Shown one piece after another: positions 59,830 through 64,000 of a DNA stretch of 64,000 nt (position 1 is the stretch's first letter; every line of letters begins with the position of its first letter). The notes beneath the pieces were generated by a model. That model did not search any database and had not been told where the DNA came from. It was given only the letters and a program-made list of their open reading frames with translations. The DNA is taken from NCBI GenBank assembly GCA_030141605.1, contig JAQGDQ010000394.1:62001-126000 (forward strand). Reading direction: 5' to 3'. This stretch comes from Tubiluchus corallicola. Taxonomy: Eukaryota > Animalia > Priapulida. Made by a program: the position numbers and the translations under genes.

Positions 59830-60237
59830 GGAAACTTTAGATTTAAGGAGGTGGAGTTGGGGTTGTAGTTGTGGTTACAGGTGGGTTGTAGTTGGGGGTT
59901 TGGGGCAATAGCGGCGGGGTCGACGGCGGTGGTATGGAACGTACCGGGGTCGTGATTTAGTTGATTTGTCGATTTCTTGCTTGAAGTTGAACGAGAAATC
60001 TACCAAAGCTTTGTACCAAAGACCAGTGGACACATCTCTGGGTCATCTCCAATGGACGGACAAGTGGACGGCAGGAGGTCGAAACTGACACTCCCCTAGA
60101 TTTCGATATGGTTTCTGTCCCAAGCGACAATGTCTCCAGAGGGGTTATTACCTATCATTTTAGTCATTGCCTCTGTTGAAGACATGAACAAGTCAGTCAT
60201 TCTCCAGTGGGGTTGAAGCATGTCATGTTTATACTTT
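59830..60237 (-). pseudogene. Decayed host exon, possibly pentraxin/LamG C-terminus plus Pro/Thr-rich linker (copy 1)
   Basis: ttttcgtttag| then NMTCFN/..WRMT...EAMTKMIGNNPSGDIVAWDRNHIEI*GSV, reminiscent of pentraxin FNIWD...GNVIAW...IEIxGGV; contains stops. Confidence 0.4.
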
Positions 60238-60423
60238 CTAAACGAAAAAGAAAACAAACTGTTACTCTTTGAATTATAACGTCAAATTCGAATTAATAAA
60301 ACTCTAATTCGTTATAATCAATGTCATTTGCAGAATGAACAATTTCAAATTTCTTACACGTGTGCGTGCGTGTGTGTGTTCTGACGGATTCTAACTTTGT
60401 AAATGTAATGTTTGTGGCCTAGG

Positions 60424-61659
60424 CAAGGTCTACTATACAACAGGACGTGTACGGTCAGATCTCTGATTCTGCCAGCGGAGGCGGTCTATTTTTAACATTT
60501 AGTCCTAATAATTTGGACATATTTACCCCCCATGGTGACCTATAGCATGCCACAATACATATAGAACATATTCCTCATTCATCTGGTAATTTAAAAACAG
60601 TGGTACCTATGATATCCCCCCCCCAAAAAAAACACACCATATCTGCAACTCATTGTGTCCCGAAGATTACCTGTCACTTTCTATAGAGAATAATGCACTC
60701 ACCATTTTGCAGAGATGTTTGCGACAATTAGTTGGCTAGTCACGCCTTCTTAATGGAGGTCTGGTAAAGGGCTGAGTGCTGCTGGTGATCCTTCTCCAAA
60801 TTGTGTAGTCCATGCAGCAGTACATTCGCCAGGCATCTCAGAGCATTTCTTGAAAATTCTCCAAAATCAAAGTAGGCATTGATTATGGAGAGGATGTTCA
60901 TGAGCTTGTTGCGGCAGCAGACTGTGTGAGTTGACTTCTTCACAAAACACAAGCCAGTTCTAACGAATTCGAACGTGAATGTGTGGGGCACTGTAAGACC
61001 TCCCCTAGACACTTCTTAAATGAACATTTTCATTTCCTCAAAAAGGAGAGGCTCATCCTCTGGCAAAGAAATGTCATTTTGGCACTTACTCTCCAACCAA
61101 CCTGCGACATATGCACACGCGTTCAGTTCAGTTTTGGAAAGAGTCTCGTCAACACAAATCTCCATAATTTTGGCATCCTCAAAATCAATCCCATTGCATG
61201 TGTGGAACTGGATTTTGGATGATATGTCTGTGTCCACAAACTCCAGGAATGATGCAGAGAAATGCGCCAGTCTCCGCTTGAATGCTGAACAGACATCTCC
61301 AGCTTGCATGAATGCATTGGTCCCCCTTGACTGCCTGTAAACTGAAAACTCACCCTCTATTCTGTCACTCTGAAGTTCACGCAATAATACGTAGTGAAAT
61401 CCAACAGAAAACAAGTGCCTACAGATAGCGAGGAGTCCCTCCGTGGTCTGAATCAAAGCTTTTCGCGTATCATGCGTCAGGCATTCAATTCTTTTTGGTC
61501 CGTGTCCTGATTCGGTTTGCTTAAATAGAGTCAACAACGACTGAAGAGTATCAGATGTATCTTGTTGAACAGATCGATCAGGGTCTCTCATCCTAATGTC
61601 TTGACCTCTGGCAGAAACATTTACCACATTCCACCAGCGTAGCACTTGCTGAATGAATT
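60424..61659 (-). mobile_element. P-element (THAP9-like) 3' portion: terminus plus transposase C-terminal half with in-frame stop at 61016-61018
   Basis: EFIQQVLRWWNVVNV...YVLLRELQSDRIEGEFSVYRQSRGTN...YVAGW...FI*EVSRGGLTVP; end sequence caaggtctactatacaac next to ggcctagg. Confidence 0.85.
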
Positions 61660-62018
61660 CTGTCAGAGAGAAAGCTGGCAGGTGTGAACGTGCCATCAAA
61701 ATGACAACAAAATGGTACAGATAAATTCAATTTAATACTTTATTACCTATCATTTTAGTCATTGCCTCTGTTGAAGACATGAACAAGCCAGTCATTCTCC
61801 AGGGGGGTTGAAGCATGTCATGTTTATACTTTCTAAACGAAAAAGAAAACAAACTGTTACTCTTTGAATTATAACGTCAAATTCGAATTAATAAAACTCT
61901 AATTCGCTATAATCAGTGTCATTTGCAGAATGAACAATTTCAAATTTCTTACGCGTGTGCATGCGTGTGTGTGTTCTGACTGATTCTAACTTTGTAAATG
62001 TAATGTTTGTGGCCTAGG

Positions 62019-62410
62019 CAAGGTCTACTATACAACAGGACGTGTACGGTCAGATCTCTGATTCCGCCAGCGGAGGCGGTCTATTTTTAACATTTAGTGC
62101 TAATAATTTGGACATATTTACCCCCATGGTGACCTATAGCATGCCACAATACATATAGAACATATTCCTCATTCATCTGGTAATTTAAAAACAGTGGTAC
62201 CTATGATATCCCCCCAAAAAAACACACCATATCTGCAACTCATTGTGTCCCAACATGTCCCATGTCACAACCAGACATGTGTAGTCGATAAATTTGTTAT
62301 TCTTAAAAACGTAATAAAATTTAAAGCTAAAAACATACATTTTTGACATACATTTGGTATTTGATCTACTTCTAAAACTTGCCACTGTTCAATACAGTTT
62401 AAAGACATTT
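62019..62410 (-). mobile_element. Second copy of the same P-element terminus (non-coding end only)
   Basis: ggcctagg|caaggtctactatacaacaggacgtgtacgg... near-identical to 60424-60661. Confidence 0.75.
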
Positions 62411-62739
62411 AGCTTACATAGAAAAGTAGGTTTGAAATATCTAGGCTGAGAATATTCTAATTTTTGTTTCCAAAGAAATCTTCCCGTTTCCAAAAACCTT
62501 TCTGAGTTTTGAAAATGCTGGTAATGCCTTAATCTTCCGACTTGATATGACCTCTTCTGTTGCAAGCAAAGTATCAAGATGTTTGCAACTTTCCATGATT
62601 CATTACCGTTACGTGTCGCGTGAAATTTTTCAGTTTTTTGTTTGGTTTTGTTTTCAGATTTCTTTCTATTGAACTTCTATAGTGTTAATTGAGTAATTCT
62701 AATGTGTCTATTGCAGGAATATGGGAAACTTCTTTAGAT

Positions 62740-63154
62740 TTAAGGAGGTGGAGTTGGGGTTGTAGTTGTGGTTACAGGTGGGGTTGTAGTTGTGGGTTTG
62801 GGGCGATAGCGGCGGGCTCGACGACGGTGGTGTGGAACGTACCGGGGTCGTGGTTTAGTTTGTTTGTCTATTACTTGCTTGAAGTTGAATGTCAAATCTA
62901 CCAAAGATTTGTGCGTGTCCAGAAACTTCGGAGAAGAGACCAGTGGACACATCTCTGGGTCATTTCCAACGGACGGACAAGTGGACGGCAGGAGGTCGAA
63001 ACTGACACTCCCTTAGATTTTGATATGGTTTCTGTCCCAAGCGACAATGTCTCCAGAGGGGTTATTACCTATCATTTTAGTCATTGCCTCTGTTGAAGAC
63101 ATGAACAAGCCAGTCATTCTCCAGGGGGGTTGAAGCACGTCATGTTTATACTTT
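62740..63154 (-). pseudogene. Decayed host exon, possibly pentraxin/LamG C-terminus plus Pro/Thr-rich linker (copy 2)
   Basis: GDIVAWDRNHIKI*GSV...MCPLVSSPKF...RPKPTTTTPPVTTTTTPTPPP. Confidence 0.4.
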
Positions 63155-64000
63155 CTAAACGAAAAAGAAAACAAACTGTTACTGTTTGAATTATAACGTC
63201 AAATTCGAAATAATCAAACTCTAATTCAAATTTCTTATGCGTGTGCGTGCATGCGTGTGTGTTCTGACCGATTCTAACTTTGTAAATGTAATGTTTGTGG
63301 CCTAGGTTATCTTAATTTTGTATCTTAGCTATTTTATACATATATGAATGTCGAATATTTTTAAAGTCTGTTCTTGTCCTAACTCATGGTAATACGTAGG
63401 ATATTGTACTAGTGAGCATACTTACAGGTTATTTGGCTAGTTCCTTGTTTCTTTGTTTGCATTCTTGTCAGGGTTGTTTGTTTACTATCTGATAAATACG
63501 TAAACAATATATGTCAGCATTGCGAATAATTGTTTCTGTTTTCATAACAGTTTAATACATATACAATGATCCTGTATATAATGATGTATCGCTTTCTGCT
63601 TTTCATACTCTCTTTTCTGGCTTTGTTTAATAAAGAAAATCAAGAGAAAAGCTTATATAAAAACAAAAAAGCAAAGAAATAAAGAAAATGATTTAATTCA
63701 ACATAAACATGTTGTTTGCTAGCTCAAACGATCGTTTCGACAGCATCTGTCATTTTCGATGCTATAAACAAATAAAAATGTAAATAAAGCCAGAACAAAT
63801 AATAATAATCTTTACAATTTTCTTTTCAAAAGAAGCTCTTTCTAAGTTGTAGTGGTAGTTGTTGTTATTGTAGTTTCTACATTCTGACAATTTGAGTTTT
63901 TCCTCTTGTGATTGTGTAATGATATCATTTATTTTATGCCTTGAATAGAGAATGCCTGTCAGAGAGAAAACTGGCAGGTGTGAACGTGCCATCAAAATGA

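Larger units (their letters stand above)
58911..64000. repeat. Local segmental-duplication mosaic of shuffled modules, continuing past the window end
   Basis: 58911-59400 recurs at 63544-64000; 59514-60145 at 62411-63061; a ~110-bp module at 59403, 60146, 61741, 63062; 60256-60660 at 61851-62250. Confidence 0.93.

Overview
AT-rich eukaryotic (metazoan, probably invertebrate) genomic DNA with GT-AG introns; no prokaryotic features, rRNA, tRNA or true CRISPR array seen. Two host genes look intact. One is a six-coding-exon cytosolic sulfotransferase (SULT)-fold gene on the minus strand (9029-18239, 322 aa by my splice model) whose PAPS-binding loop and catalytic His are substituted. The other is a 13-finger C2H2 zinc-finger gene (+, 24646-26286) with an internal four-finger duplication. 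The rest is transposon- and repeat-rich: Ty3/Gypsy and BEL/Pao remnants, a TIR-complete Tigger/pogo element, an intron-containing piggyBac with one nonsense codon, P-element ends, several MITEs, and tandem arrays with 15-71 bp units. A decayed trypsin-like exon lies at ~6.5 kb. Two regions (33.7-45.1 kb and 58.9-64 kb) are mosaics of shuffled duplicated modules; the second shows filled and empty P-element sites and a possible in-frame host-exon/transposase splice. All calls are by eye; no database searches were run.
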